Shown here one piece after another: positions 1 to 10,121 of a stretch of DNA of 64,000 nucleotides. The translations under genes were made by a program, and so were the position numbers. Position 1 is the first letter of the stretch, and each line of letters opens with the position of its first letter. This DNA is from Candidatus Bathyarchaeota archaeon. GTDB taxonomy: Archaea > Thermoproteota > Bathyarchaeia > Bathyarchaeales > Bathycorpusculaceae. The stretch spans positions 1,152,001 to 1,216,000 of the forward strand of contig OY970176.1 of NCBI GenBank assembly GCA_963707955.1, read 5' to 3'. The notes under the pieces were generated by a model. The model saw only the letters and a list, made by a program, of their open reading frames with translations. It was not told the origin of the DNA and ran no database searches.

Positions 1-2
1 TA

Positions 3-1331
3 TTGATGCAGGAAGTTGACGTAAACTCGAATGAAATAGAAACTAAAGAGAAAGCAGAAGATTACCTTAAAGAAAGGACGAAGGAAATAGTAAAGAAGTA
101 CAGAATAAAGATCGTGCCAGAAGCGGTCGACAAGCTGGTTTACTACGTTGTAAGGGACTTCATAGGCTACGGAAGAATTGACCCTTTAATGAAGGACCAT
201 CTCATTGAAGACATATCAGCGGACGGCGTGAACATACCGATCTATGTCTGGCACAGAATGTATGAATCAATACCGACAAACATCATATTCAAAGAAGAAT
301 CAGAACTAGACTCATTCATAGTTCGTATGGCATACCTATCTGGAAAAAACGTTTCCATAGCATCACCAATGCTAGACGCTTCGCTTCCAGACGGCAGCCG
401 AATTCAGCTAACGTATGGGAAAGAGGTCACAAGAAGAGGGTCAACGTTCACTATTCGACGCTTCAGGGTAGACCCGTTAACAATCTCAGACCTAATCGCG
501 TTCAACACTATTTCTTCGGAAATGGCCGCATACCTGTGGTACATAATAGAAAACAGAGCCTCAGTGCTCGTGGCTGGCGGTGTGGCCTCCGGAAAAACAA
601 CCATGCTCAATTGCCTATCAATGTTCATAAAACCTGAAATGAAAGTAGTGAGTGTGGAAGACACGCAAGAACTCAATCTCCCACACGAAAACTGGATACC
701 ATCAGTTGTAAGGTTAGGCTTTGGACATGAAGATAAGAGAAGCGGCACGATAACCCTGTTCGATCTCCTGAAAACTGCTGTTAGACAGAGACCCGACTAC
801 ATCATCGTGGGCGAGGTTCGCGGAGACGAGGCATACACCCTTTTTCAAGCGATGGCAACAGGACACCTAGGAATGTCTACCATACATGCAGAATCGGTTG
901 AAGCTACCATAAACCGGCTTGAATCCGAACCGATGAACATTCCGAAACCGCTTATCGCAATGACAAGCGTCATCATGGTCATGACCAGAACAGAGATTGA
1001 CGGAAGACCAGCAAGAAGAGCTGGCGCAACCGCAGAAATCGTTGAACTGAACCCTGAGAAAAGCAATATTTCAACGAAAGAGGTGTTCAGTTGGAATCCC
1101 AAGTTTGACAAGTTCTCATCTCTCGGCAACAGCGTCCTTCTAGAGAGACACATGAACAAGTTGGGCATCAATCAAGAAGATGTTAAGCGCGAGCTGAAAC
1201 GAAGACAGATGGTTCTGGAATGGGCGACTCGCGAAGGCATTCGACGATACACAGACGTTGCAAACATAATCAGAGAGTATTACGCTAATCCGGAGAGGGT
1301 TTTCCAAAAAGCCAGAGTTGGCCTCAAATGA
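3..1331 (+). CDS. Type IV pilus/type II-IV secretion ATPase (VirB11/ArlI-like), 5' end probably outside the window
   Basis: Walker A GGVASGKT, EDTQEL Asp box, RQRPDYIIVGEVRG Walker B, TGH..STIHA His box; followed by two TadC-like genes and two pilins. Confidence 0.93.
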   Translation: MMQEVDVNSNEIETKEKAEDYLKERTKEIVKKYRIKIVPEAVDKLVYYVVRDFIGYGRIDPLMKDHLIEDISADGVNIPIYVWHRMYESIPTNIIFKEESELDSFIVRMAYLSGKNVSIASPMLDASLPDGSRIQLTYGKEVTRRGSTFTIRRFRVDPLTISDLIAFNTISSEMAAYLWYIIENRASVLVAGGVASGKTTMLNCLSMFIKPEMKVVSVEDTQELNLPHENWIPSVVRLGFGHEDKRSGTITLFDLLKTAVRQRPDYIIVGEVRGDEAYTLFQAMATGHLGMSTIHAESVEATINRLESEPMNIPKPLIAMTSVIMVMTRTEIDGRPARRAGATAEIVELNPEKSNISTKEVFSWNPKFDKFSSLGNSVLLERHMNKLGINQEDVKRELKRRQMVLEWATREGIRRYTDVANIIREYYANPERVFQKARVGLK

Positions 1332-2338
1332 AAACGGCACACACTCTTTTAGAAAGAATCAAAACAGTTTTCAACAGGCTCAAAGCAAGATTAAGACCTT
1401 CCGCTTTCAAGGTGCCCAGTAACACATCCGATGCCCCGCAAGCAAAGGTCAAGCTGACCTTCGGCAGCCTCCAAAGGATAGCCTACGAACTCTTCGGAGA
1501 AAAGACAGGACGTATCTTGCCGCTTTTCAAGGATCTCGACACAAACCTGCAAAGATCAGGGCTAAAGGTCAACTTCAAAGCTTACGTCACCCTAACAATG
1601 TTTTGCACAATCTCGCTCTCTCTTGCAATCCTGACCGCTGTTCCATGCCTACTCTTCTTTCTATTCAACGTGAGCCTCATACCAGCCATTTTGTTCGGAC
1701 TAGGTGGCGGCCTTCTAGCAATTGCCTCCACAACCATAGGATTCTACGTTTACCCCATTTATCGTGCAGACGCTACAAAAAGACAGTTAGAAGACGAGCT
1801 ACCATTCACAACGGGGTACATGGCGATCCTCACAAGTGCAGGCGTTTCTCCTGAGAACATTTTCAGCTCCCTCGCAAATCTTCCCGTTGCTCTAGCCATC
1901 TCCACGCAGGCCAAAGATGTTGTAAGAGACGTAAACCTATTTGGTTGCGACATAATCTCTGCCCTCGAAGACGCCTCGAAACGAACACCTTCCGCAAGAT
2001 TCCGCGAGATGATTGAAGGATTTATCTCGATGATTCACTCTGGCGGCAATTTATCAAGTTACCTGCGCGAAAAATCCGCGCAGTACATGAAGCTGAAAAG
2101 GATAGGTCTCAAGAAATATGCGGACACCTTGTCAATGTTGTCAGAGTTTTACGTAGCCGTTCTTCTCACAGGCCCTCTGATGCTAGTCATCATGTTGACA
2201 GTAATGGCCATGCTTGGTAATAGCAGCCTTGGATTTCTGAGCCCAGACCTCCTGCTGAGCCTGCTCACGTACGTAGGAATACCGTTAGGCTCTGTAGTAT
2301 TCCTAATTATCCTTGATGCAACATCGCCGAAATGGTAG
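1328..2338 (+). CDS. Type II secretion system F-domain membrane platform protein (TadB/TadC-like)
   Basis: ELPFTTGYMAILTSAG and RTPSARFREM..SGGNL motifs, multiple TM helices, ATGA overlap with the ATPase gene. Confidence 0.88.
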   Translation: MKTAHTLLERIKTVFNRLKARLRPSAFKVPSNTSDAPQAKVKLTFGSLQRIAYELFGEKTGRILPLFKDLDTNLQRSGLKVNFKAYVTLTMFCTISLSLAILTAVPCLLFFLFNVSLIPAILFGLGGGLLAIASTTIGFYVYPIYRADATKRQLEDELPFTTGYMAILTSAGVSPENIFSSLANLPVALAISTQAKDVVRDVNLFGCDIISALEDASKRTPSARFREMIEGFISMIHSGGNLSSYLREKSAQYMKLKRIGLKKYADTLSMLSEFYVAVLLTGPLMLVIMLTVMAMLGNSSLGFLSPDLLLSLLTYVGIPLGSVVFLIILDATSPKW

Positions 2339-3159
2339 TGAAAATGCCAAAAATAGAGACAAAGGTCAAGCAAATCACATGGATCATCTCAGCTGCGCTA
2401 GCCATAGCCATATTTGCATTCGACGTTTTCGTATTCTGGGGAACCGCAACATTCGACGAGTTGGTGTTCTCCGCGATCACTGCGGGCATCTCTCCTCCCG
2501 CAATCCTGACCTACATTGATTACAGGTGGAGAAAGGCCATAGATGAACACTTGCCAGACCTGTTCAGAACAATAGTTCAAGCGCAAGAAACAGGCATGAC
2601 ACTTCCTCAAGCCTTAGAGGAAGCTGCAAAAAGAGACTATGGACCCCTCACTGCAGAGTTGAGAAAAATGACCGCGCAAATCTCGTGGGGAATGAGTTTT
2701 GAAGATGCTCTTGTGGCCCTGGGAAAACGCGTCAGCACGGTACTAGTGCAAAGAACAGTGCCCATGATAATCGAAGCAAGCCGTTCTGGAGGACACGTTG
2801 AAAAAGTCCTTGAACCGATGGGAAAATTCATACAGACAACACTTCTACTCGACAAGGAGCGCAAGACTCAAGCAAGACCCTACATAGCAATAGTCTACGT
2901 GGCTTTCTTCGTTTTCATCTTCACAATACTGCTACTCTTTAGGTCGTTCTTCGTAAGCATAGAACAGTTGCCAACGCTGGGAACAGCGCTTATGTCACCT
3001 GAAGATATGAAGCGCATGTTCTTGAACATGACATTAGTGCAAGCCTTTTTCGGAGGACTTGTAGCTGGAAAAATGGGCGAAGGGACAATCAACGCTGGGT
3101 TGAAACATTGCTTAATACTGATGATCTGTGGTTACCTGGCCTTGAAACTCTTCTTGTAG
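2332..3159 (+). CDS. Second T2SSF/TadC-like membrane platform protein
   Basis: HLPDLFRTI..GMTLPQAL..YGPLT, ISWG, GLVAGKMGEG..AGLKH typical of archaeal TadC. Confidence 0.88.
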   Translation: MVVKMPKIETKVKQITWIISAALAIAIFAFDVFVFWGTATFDELVFSAITAGISPPAILTYIDYRWRKAIDEHLPDLFRTIVQAQETGMTLPQALEEAAKRDYGPLTAELRKMTAQISWGMSFEDALVALGKRVSTVLVQRTVPMIIEASRSGGHVEKVLEPMGKFIQTTLLLDKERKTQARPYIAIVYVAFFVFIFTILLLFRSFFVSIEQLPTLGTALMSPEDMKRMFLNMTLVQAFFGGLVAGKMGEGTINAGLKHCLILMICGYLALKLFL

Positions 3160-3169
3160 AGGTAAGAAA

Positions 3170-3586
3170 ATGCAGACATTGTTTAAGATCTTCAGCGATA
3201 AACGAGGTATAACTCCTGTTCTGAGCAGTCTCTTGCTCACAGTCGTCGCTGTTGCTGCAATGGCGATTGCTACGTCAGCAACTTATGTCATAACGACTAA
3301 TCTGCGTGAGACCATGAGTGAACGCGTAATCGTGGAAGATGTGTGGTTCAACAATTACACCAATAGCATTGACATTTACGTTCGGAATGTTGGAGAGGTT
3401 ACAGTATACATTCTTGCAGTCTATGTCAATCACACCTCTCAATCTTTCACCAACCCTTTCACGCTGGAAATCGGTGAACACCAGTGGCTGAACATTTCTC
3501 AAAATTGGGTTCCAAATAGCTCTTACTACATTGATGTTTTGACCACAAGGGGGACGCATGTTGCTGCTTACTATGAAGCGCCTTAG
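3170..3586 (+). CDS. Archaeal type IV pilin
   Basis: Class III signal peptide DKRG|ITPVLSSLLLTVVAV, YVRNVG motif, C-terminal TTRG. Confidence 0.85.
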   Translation: MQTLFKIFSDKRGITPVLSSLLLTVVAVAAMAIATSATYVITTNLRETMSERVIVEDVWFNNYTNSIDIYVRNVGEVTVYILAVYVNHTSQSFTNPFTLEIGEHQWLNISQNWVPNSSYYIDVLTTRGTHVAAYYEAP

Positions 3587-3986
3587 ACTGGACAAGCGTG
3601 GAATAAGCAACGTGATAGTCGTCATGCTAAGCCTGGTTCTAGTCGTGATCATTGTTTCTAACGTGATCTTGACGAGTTACCAGATGAATCAATTCGACTG
3701 GGAAAGAATGCAAGAAAATGTTGAAATCGTTAACGTAGCCAACACAGTTGATGGAACAACATTTACATTGCAGAACAAGGGCTCCGTGACTGCTCATCTG
3801 GTTTCTCTGTGGGTAGATAGCACGGCAATCCATCAGAGATATGACATGAACTTATACATCAACGCTGGAGATTCAGTCAATTACACTCTCAGCGATATGG
3901 GCTTAGTCGATAACGCGTCCATTGTTAAGGTCATTACTGAAAGAGGAACCGTTTCAGTGTTCAACTCTTCTTGGCAAAACCCCTAG
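3573..3986 (+). CDS. Archaeal type IV pilin
   Basis: ATG at 3573 gives MKRLRLDKRG|ISNVIVVMLSLVLVVII (class III signal); LQNKG and VITERG motifs. Confidence 0.83.
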   Translation: MKRLRLDKRGISNVIVVMLSLVLVVIIVSNVILTSYQMNQFDWERMQENVEIVNVANTVDGTTFTLQNKGSVTAHLVSLWVDSTAIHQRYDMNLYINAGDSVNYTLSDMGLVDNASIVKVITERGTVSVFNSSWQNP

Positions 3987-4002
3987 TTTCAGCTTGACCT
4001 TT

Positions 4003-4962
4003 CTATTTCTTGGTATGCAGCTCTTCTTTGAGAATCTTCGTTGCGTCTTTCTGGTCCTTCACTTCAATCAGATGAATCTTGTATAATTCCGCCATTCTTC
4101 TTCCGTTGTCGTTTATTTTCGGAATTGCGATGAGGTATGCATCCTCTGGCGAAACGTCAAACATCTTGGCAAACAATGCGATGACAGGCTGTTCCGTCAC
4201 GCCAGTATCGGTTGAAGTTGCCAAATCAATGACTGTCACTTTCTCTGCAGCGTCTCCCTTACGAGCCACTATGTCGAACATGTGATTAGCCCCGGATTTG
4301 CCTTTCAGAAAGGCGGGGCCTTCAACTTGAAACCCATTTTCTGCAAGAAACTCTTTTATCGGCGCAATCAGAACCCAGCCCAAAGCAGCTTCTTCTTTAG
4401 CTTCTTTCTTCAGCTTGAACACATACGCATCTTTGACCTTCACATCTTCATAAGTGAAGTTCCCATGGCAGTCCCGGCAAAAAAGTGCGGCGACTGGGAT
4501 GTCAAAACTCTTGCCGCAGTCCTTGCAAGTGCACCATATTCCAGCTCTTCTGTAATCAGCATCGGGTTTTCTCAGTTCATCTTTGCATTTTGGACAGATG
4601 AGCTTGTCATCTTTGTGAAAGTTTTCCTCGACATCCATGTATCCACACTTAACGTGCTCGATCAGGGAACTTTTCCGTATGTCGAAAGATTTGCAGTAAG
4701 GACAACAATAATGGATGGAAATACTTGCTGAATCGCATTTTGGGCAGAAGATAACTTTGTCAAAGAGTATTCTTTCAAGTATTCCACCTTCGTAAAGCTT
4801 CTTGAGAAATGACTCAGCGCTTGACGCGTCTCCAACAATTGCCTCAATCGTCGGGTATCGATATCTTAGCTTAGAATCACAGACCGGTTCAAGTTCGCTT
4901 ATCTCACCGTTCAAGAACTTGTTCAGTAGGACTTGCGTATTTCGATCCTTGTAGAGTTCCAT
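4003..4962 (-). CDS. TackOD1-like multi-zinc-ribbon protein with C-terminal restriction-endonuclease-like (Mrr-type) domain
   Basis: CPKC, CPYC, HVKC, CPKC, CKDC, CRDC array; C-terminal LKGKSGANHMFDIV. Start taken at ATG 4962 (track ORF starts at 4989). Confidence 0.7.
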   Translation of the reverse strand: MELYKDRNTQVLLNKFLNGEISELEPVCDSKLRYRYPTIEAIVGDASSAESFLKKLYEGGILERILFDKVIFCPKCDSASISIHYCCPYCKSFDIRKSSLIEHVKCGYMDVEENFHKDDKLICPKCKDELRKPDADYRRAGIWCTCKDCGKSFDIPVAALFCRDCHGNFTYEDVKVKDAYVFKLKKEAKEEAALGWVLIAPIKEFLAENGFQVEGPAFLKGKSGANHMFDIVARKGDAAEKVTVIDLATSTDTGVTEQPVIALFAKMFDVSPEDAYLIAIPKINDNGRRMAELYKIHLIEVKDQKDATKILKEELHTKK

Positions 4963-5121
4963 CCTTTCTGCTTTACCAGACGTGTGCAATCCACTCCAAG
5001 TTAACCAAGACGCTTAGTTCCTTTCACAGTTTATTTCTAATTCCACTCGTTTAAACATATCCAGAAAAGCTTTTAAAATTTGTTTGATCGGTTGACGTGG
5101 ATAAAGTGATTGGAGTGAGCG

Positions 5122-5280
5122 GTGGTCCCAGACGAATGATTTCGCTGTCCAAGATGCGGTTTCGCATTTGACATAACCTACGGTAGAGCTTTCGCCTGCT
5201 CAGGCTGCTCTTCTTCAGTGCACTGCGCAGGGGCAAAATGCCCGAGGTGTGGACGCGAATTTCCTTTGACCGAAACCTAA
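5122..5280 (+). CDS. Small Cys-rich (zinc-finger-like) ORF with in-frame TGA at codon 6; possible pseudogene or sequence error
   Basis: GTG GTC CCA GAC GAA TGA then FRCPRCGFAFDITYGRAFACSGCSSSVHCAGAKCPRCGREFPLTET*; SD-like GGAGTGA at 5112-5118. Not in the ORF track. Confidence 0.6.
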
Positions 5281-5336
5281 GATTGTGACGTCATCTCTTC
5301 CACATTCACGGCGGGCTGTCACAGTCACATTTTTTA

Positions 5337-6266
5337 ATGAGAATCTTCTTAATTGAACCAAAATGCTGCCAAGAACATGCGGTGAAAAATTTGCAAACGC
5401 AGTCTGAACAAAAGCCGCGAGTGATCCGCTGGACCACACTGAAAGGATTGACTACAGTGATCCTGTTTCTCGCAGTGGCAGCATTAATCGAGTTTCTTGT
5501 CATTCTCTACGCTATGCGATTGGGCGTCGAGGACACGTCAGTCTTGCAATGGAGTTTCAACTTTCCAGGGACAGGTTGGCCAGTGACGATTGCGATAAGC
5601 CTAGCGTTCCTCTTGGTCCCCATTTGCGTCATAATCACGCTTGCACTCAGCTGGATGTACCTCACTAAAAAAGTATCATTGAGGCGGCAAGAAATACGAA
5701 GAGGAAAGGTGGAAACCTTCCCAAGGAAGAGGGTTGAAAAGAGGGGACTGGTATCAAGAATAAGTCGCGCCGCAAGGAACTATGCGAGGAGGATAAAGTC
5801 AAGGTTGCCGAAAACCAAGAGGTTTTCTGATCTTTCCCAAAGAATACACTTTCCAAGACCCACAATCAGAAGCGCCTTTATTGTATTGCTGGCTTTTGTA
5901 GCTTTCACCTTGCTTTTCTCTCTTGTGGCCTACCCGCAGGCAATCTTTAGGTTTGTGTCGAACGCTTATCAGACCGACCCCTCGCTGCGCCACTTTGTCA
6001 TCTCAGTGGGCAACTGGGCGAAGGGAGTGGCCCAAGCTTTGGGGCCCATAGGCTGGCTCAGCACTTCTATAAACAACGCCCTGATTGCTGCTGCACCAGG
6101 GGTCAGAAATGTTGGAGTTGGTCTTGGGGGCTTGATCAGTCCAATAGCAACCCTAGGCAATATTGACAAGTTCTTGCTTTTCCAAAACGCTGCAGCCTGG
6201 ATTTCTGTGCTATTAGTCATGATTTACGGAGAGCGAACCGGGAAAGGCTACCGGTACAAGAAATAG
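5337..6266 (+). CDS. Hypothetical multi-pass membrane protein with a highly basic loop
   Basis: Long ORF with several hydrophobic helices; real start may be GTG 5382. Confidence 0.7.
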   Translation: MRIFLIEPKCCQEHAVKNLQTQSEQKPRVIRWTTLKGLTTVILFLAVAALIEFLVILYAMRLGVEDTSVLQWSFNFPGTGWPVTIAISLAFLLVPICVIITLALSWMYLTKKVSLRRQEIRRGKVETFPRKRVEKRGLVSRISRAARNYARRIKSRLPKTKRFSDLSQRIHFPRPTIRSAFIVLLAFVAFTLLFSLVAYPQAIFRFVSNAYQTDPSLRHFVISVGNWAKGVAQALGPIGWLSTSINNALIAAAPGVRNVGVGLGGLISPIATLGNIDKFLLFQNAAAWISVLLVMIYGERTGKGYRYKK

Positions 6267-6285
6267 CCAGATTCACGGGATTTCT

Positions 6286-7152
6286 ATGGATCGACGCCCC
6301 AGGTTCGGTCCAGCTGGGGTTCCCCCATTGTTCAAGTTTATGAAGGCTACTTTGTCGGACATTCCGAGACTTCTACGCGAAGAGGGACTTGACGCTTTCG
6401 AGTATGAAGCCGTTCAATGGGGAAAGAAGCCCCAAATGAGGAAAGAAGAGGCTCAGAAACTAGAGCTGGAAGCTAAGCGAAACGATGTTTGGCTCAGTCT
6501 CCACGGTTCTTACTTCATCAACTTCTGCGGCGAAAGAGCAATCGTTGAAGCAAGCAAACAACGCTTGATAGCGTGTGCAACGGCCGCTGAATGGATGAGT
6601 GCTCATGTTGTGGTTTTCCATCCCGGTGTCTACGGCAAGAAATCACCTATGGAAGCTCTCAAAACGTGCTCAGAAGCCTTGGAAGACGTTGTTGAAAATA
6701 TGCGGAGCTTGGGGATTAGGAACGTTAGAATAGGACCAGAAACGATGGGCAGGACTTATCAGCTGGGAAGCCTCGACGAAACCTTGAATCTGTGCGAGAC
6801 GGTTGAACGCACGCAGCTGGTTGTTGATTGGTCCCATCTTCACGCAAGAGACAGAGGGCGTTTCAGAACCGCCGAGGATTTCCGCAAGGTTGCGGGGCGC
6901 ATTGAGAACCAACTTGGAACTGACGCTCTCAAGAACTTGCACTGTCACTTCACAAAGATCGAGTTCACTGACAAGGGTGAAAGACGCCATCACACGCTGC
7001 AGGAAGCACTTTATGGACCAGACTTCCGATTGCTTGCAAGGGTCATCATTGAATTCGAGTTGAAACCAGTCATCATAAGCGAAAGTCCAATCCTGGATCT
7101 GGACGCAATGAAGATGCGTGACATACTTCAAGAAGAGTTGGACAAGAGTTAA
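6286..7152 (+). CDS. nfo: Endonuclease IV (AP endonuclease 2, TIM barrel)
   Basis: RFGPAG, SLHGSYFIN, VFHPG, PETMG, DWSHLHAR, HCHF, GERRH metal-ligand motifs. Confidence 0.9.
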   Translation: MDRRPRFGPAGVPPLFKFMKATLSDIPRLLREEGLDAFEYEAVQWGKKPQMRKEEAQKLELEAKRNDVWLSLHGSYFINFCGERAIVEASKQRLIACATAAEWMSAHVVVFHPGVYGKKSPMEALKTCSEALEDVVENMRSLGIRNVRIGPETMGRTYQLGSLDETLNLCETVERTQLVVDWSHLHARDRGRFRTAEDFRKVAGRIENQLGTDALKNLHCHFTKIEFTDKGERRHHTLQEALYGPDFRLLARVIIEFELKPVIISESPILDLDAMKMRDILQEELDKS

Positions 7153-7207
7153 GAAAGTGCGATACGTTTTTTACGCTGGCCTGTGGTGCTGTTCAAGGGG
7201 ACATGTT

Positions 7208-8455
7208 TTGGTTCGATTGAGAGGATTTCAGAAACTAGTCTCAGTAGAAACCGCGTTGCAAACGTTTCTCGGAACGTTGCGGATCAAACCGAAAGAAACG
7301 TCTAGTCCCTTGCACTTAGCTCTAAATCGTGTCCTAGCCGAACAAATAATCGCAAGGACGGATTTGCCGAGGACTAACAGGTCAGCAGTTGATGGATACG
7401 CTGTAAACGCCGACAGCACTGCACAAGCAACACAGCAAAGACCAGAAACTCTCAAGATCGTCTGCAAGGACGTGATAAACGAGAACCAAGCAAAGCAGGT
7501 GTGGACTGGCAACTCGGTAGCCAGTCGCGCAAACGCCGTCGTGATGCTGGAAAATGTTAAACTGGATGGAGACAAGATCGCTGTGTTGAGCCCTGTTACT
7601 CGATGGGAAAACGTTTCGAAAAAGGGTGAAGACGTGCGAAAAGGGCAGGTCGTTGCCGAAGCAGGAACTCGTTTGAAGCCTCAGCATCTGGGACTGATAG
7701 CTGCTTTCGGCGATGCCGAAGTAAAGGTCTTCCGAAGGCCCAGGATCGCCATTTTGGCAACTGGAAATGAGCTCGCTGAGTTGGGTGGTAAACTGCGAAG
7801 AGAACAGGTATTTGACACCAACAGAACTGTTCTATGTGCATTATGCAGTGAGCTAGGAGCACAGACTCTAGATTTGGGCATTGCAAGGGATGATGTGGAC
7901 GAAATCTCGGAAAAGCTGAGGCTAGGCCTTATGAAAGCTGATGGTGTAATTAGTTCTGGCGGAACTAGTGTCGGGGGGCTAGATCTCGTTCCAGAAACTG
8001 TCAACAAGGTTGGAAAGCCAGGCGTCATTGTTCATGGCGTAGCAATGCGTCCAGGCATGCCAACGGCGCTGGCAGTCGTGAAAGACAAGCCCATCATCGT
8101 ACTCCCAGGCAACCCTGTTGCTGCTATGCTGAGCTTTGAGGTTTTTGGCAGACCGTTAGTGAGCAGGATGCTTGGGCTTAAACGGGCAGAGGCGAGACCC
8201 ATGTTGAGGGCAAGAATGACTAGGAGAATCGCCATCACTCTAGGAAGGAAGAATTTCGTTCGTGTCCGCGTTCTTCAAAAGGATGATGATTTCTTCGCTG
8301 AACCTATCAGCGCTCGCGGTTCAAGTCTGATTTCCACTATGACAAGAGCTAACGGTTATGTGGTCGTGCCAGAAAACGTAGAAGGCTTAGAAGAAGGAGA
8401 CATTGTCTCGGTGCACATGTTTGACGATTTAGAGGCCATTAGAGATTATGTTTAG
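7208..8455 (+). CDS. moeA: Molybdopterin molybdotransferase MoeA
   Basis: RSAVDGYA, ATGNEL, SGGTSVG, PGNPVA; likely TTG start at 7208 (track ORF from 7118). Confidence 0.92.
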   Translation: MVRLRGFQKLVSVETALQTFLGTLRIKPKETSSPLHLALNRVLAEQIIARTDLPRTNRSAVDGYAVNADSTAQATQQRPETLKIVCKDVINENQAKQVWTGNSVASRANAVVMLENVKLDGDKIAVLSPVTRWENVSKKGEDVRKGQVVAEAGTRLKPQHLGLIAAFGDAEVKVFRRPRIAILATGNELAELGGKLRREQVFDTNRTVLCALCSELGAQTLDLGIARDDVDEISEKLRLGLMKADGVISSGGTSVGGLDLVPETVNKVGKPGVIVHGVAMRPGMPTALAVVKDKPIIVLPGNPVAAMLSFEVFGRPLVSRMLGLKRAEARPMLRARMTRRIAITLGRKNFVRVRVLQKDDDFFAEPISARGSSLISTMTRANGYVVVPENVEGLEEGDIVSVHMFDDLEAIRDYV

Positions 8456-9689
8456 GAAACTGTTGACCTTTGAAGAGGCAAAAAAAGTCATTCTAGAACG
8501 ATGCAGACCTACGCCTTTGGGCATTGAAGAGATTTCGCTTCTGGAGGCTAGCAGCCGTGTTCTAGCACAAGACGTAACGGCCAGCAGAGACATTCCACCA
8601 TTTGATCGGTCAACAGTTGACGGATACGCTGTGAGGGCGCAGGACACGTTTGGTGCCGAGGAAAACAGACCGATTACGCTGGTGGCCCACGGGGCAGTGC
8701 GCGTTGGCGAAACTCCTAAGATAGTTGTCAGAAAGAAAGAAGCAGCAGAAATAGTCACAGGAGCACCTATTCCCGAAGGTGCAGACGCTGTTGTCATGGT
8801 TGAGCAGACTGAAAGAAAGGCTGACCGTGTTCGTGTTTTCAGCGCAGTTGCAAGGCATGAGAACATAATGAAGGCAGGACAGGACATCGGAAAAGGCGAG
8901 ATTGTCCTTAAATCTGGCAAACTGCTGGGTTCGAGAGAAGTCGGTGTTCTAGCTGCCTTGGGCATGGCGAAAGTCAAGGTCTACGTGGTTCCTCGAGTAG
9001 CAGTTTTTTCGACAGGAGCTGAGGTAACCGAGCCGGGCAGAAGTCTGCTCAATGGGAAGATTTATGACATCAACGCGTACAGTCTGAGCGCAGCTGTGCT
9101 CGAAAGCGGGGGGAAGCCTATTTTTCTCGGCGTTTTCCCTGATGACCTCGTCAAGCTTCAGAAAGCGTTGAGGCATGCTTTGGCCTCCGCCGACGTTGTG
9201 GTAACCTCTGGCGGTGTCTCTGTGGGCCCAAAAGATGTTATGCCAAAAGCGTTGGCTTCTCTCGGAAAACCTGGCACGATCATATCTGGAATCGCTATCA
9301 AGCCTGGAAAACCCACGACGATAGGGCTGATCTGCGATAAACCAGTGTTTTCACTTCCTGGACATCCTACATCTGCATTGCTGGTTTTCCATCTACTTGC
9401 CCGCCCGATAATACAGGCAATGGGAGGGAGAAGAGCAGAAGAAGACTTAGAAGTGAAGGCTATCACAATGGCAAGGATGTTCCCGGCAAAGGGAAGAAGA
9501 ACATTTGTCATGGTGGCCCTGAAGCGCGATAAGCTAAACCGGACTGTGGCCGAGCCTATTCTAGCAGGGGATTCTGGAGCGATAACGACCCTCACGAGAG
9601 CAGATGGTTATGTTGAGATACCTGAAAACGTGCAATTCGTGGATGCAGACGAGGAAGTCGCGGTGCGACTTTTTCGAAAAATGCCGTAA
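8448..9689 (+). CDS. moeA: Molybdopterin molybdotransferase MoeA, second paralog
   Basis: PPFDRSTVDGYAV, TGAPIPEGADAVVMVE, TSGGVSVG, KPGKPT, LPGHP. Confidence 0.94.
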   Translation: MFRKLLTFEEAKKVILERCRPTPLGIEEISLLEASSRVLAQDVTASRDIPPFDRSTVDGYAVRAQDTFGAEENRPITLVAHGAVRVGETPKIVVRKKEAAEIVTGAPIPEGADAVVMVEQTERKADRVRVFSAVARHENIMKAGQDIGKGEIVLKSGKLLGSREVGVLAALGMAKVKVYVVPRVAVFSTGAEVTEPGRSLLNGKIYDINAYSLSAAVLESGGKPIFLGVFPDDLVKLQKALRHALASADVVVTSGGVSVGPKDVMPKALASLGKPGTIISGIAIKPGKPTTIGLICDKPVFSLPGHPTSALLVFHLLARPIIQAMGGRRAEEDLEVKAITMARMFPAKGRRTFVMVALKRDKLNRTVAEPILAGDSGAITTLTRADGYVEIPENVQFVDADEEVAVRLFRKMP

Positions 9690-9752
9690 ACGACAAAGAG
9701 AATTTGAGAAGACGAATGTTGGTGCGATTACATAAAACGAGAAAAGATGTCC

Positions 9753-10085
9753 TCATTCTTCAAGAACTTTTCTCTTGTTTGCGGCGTATGCCGTGAAGAC
9801 CCATGTTAGAATGAGATAGAAAATCATTCCGACGCTGAGAAGATAATTGCTTGTCAAAACACTGTAAATGACATAGAATGCGAAAGTTGTGCTAGCAAAG
9901 AACAAGATTATGATAAACCAGAATGACCAAGCTCTCTTCCTAAACATGCCATAGGCAGCAATCAGGCTGAGTATGCCGAGGATCCCAACGTGCGGCGGGA
10001 AGCCACTCAATGGCAAAAGGGCAATGAATGCTATTCCGACGATTGCGTAGAAAGCGGATGTTGCGAAAATTCCCCAGTCTCTCAA
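9753..10085 (-). CDS. Small 4-TM hypothetical membrane protein
   Basis: 110-aa hydrophobic ORF with upstream TTTATTAA box on the minus strand (~10150-10157). Confidence 0.7.
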   Translation of the reverse strand: MRDWGIFATSAFYAIVGIAFIALLPLSGFPPHVGILGILSLIAAYGMFRKRAWSFWFIIILFFASTTFAFYVIYSVLTSNYLLSVGMIFYLILTWVFTAYAANKRKVLEE

Positions 10086-10121
10086 TCCTCAGCCTCGACC
10101 CGAGTGACATTTTCCATACGC

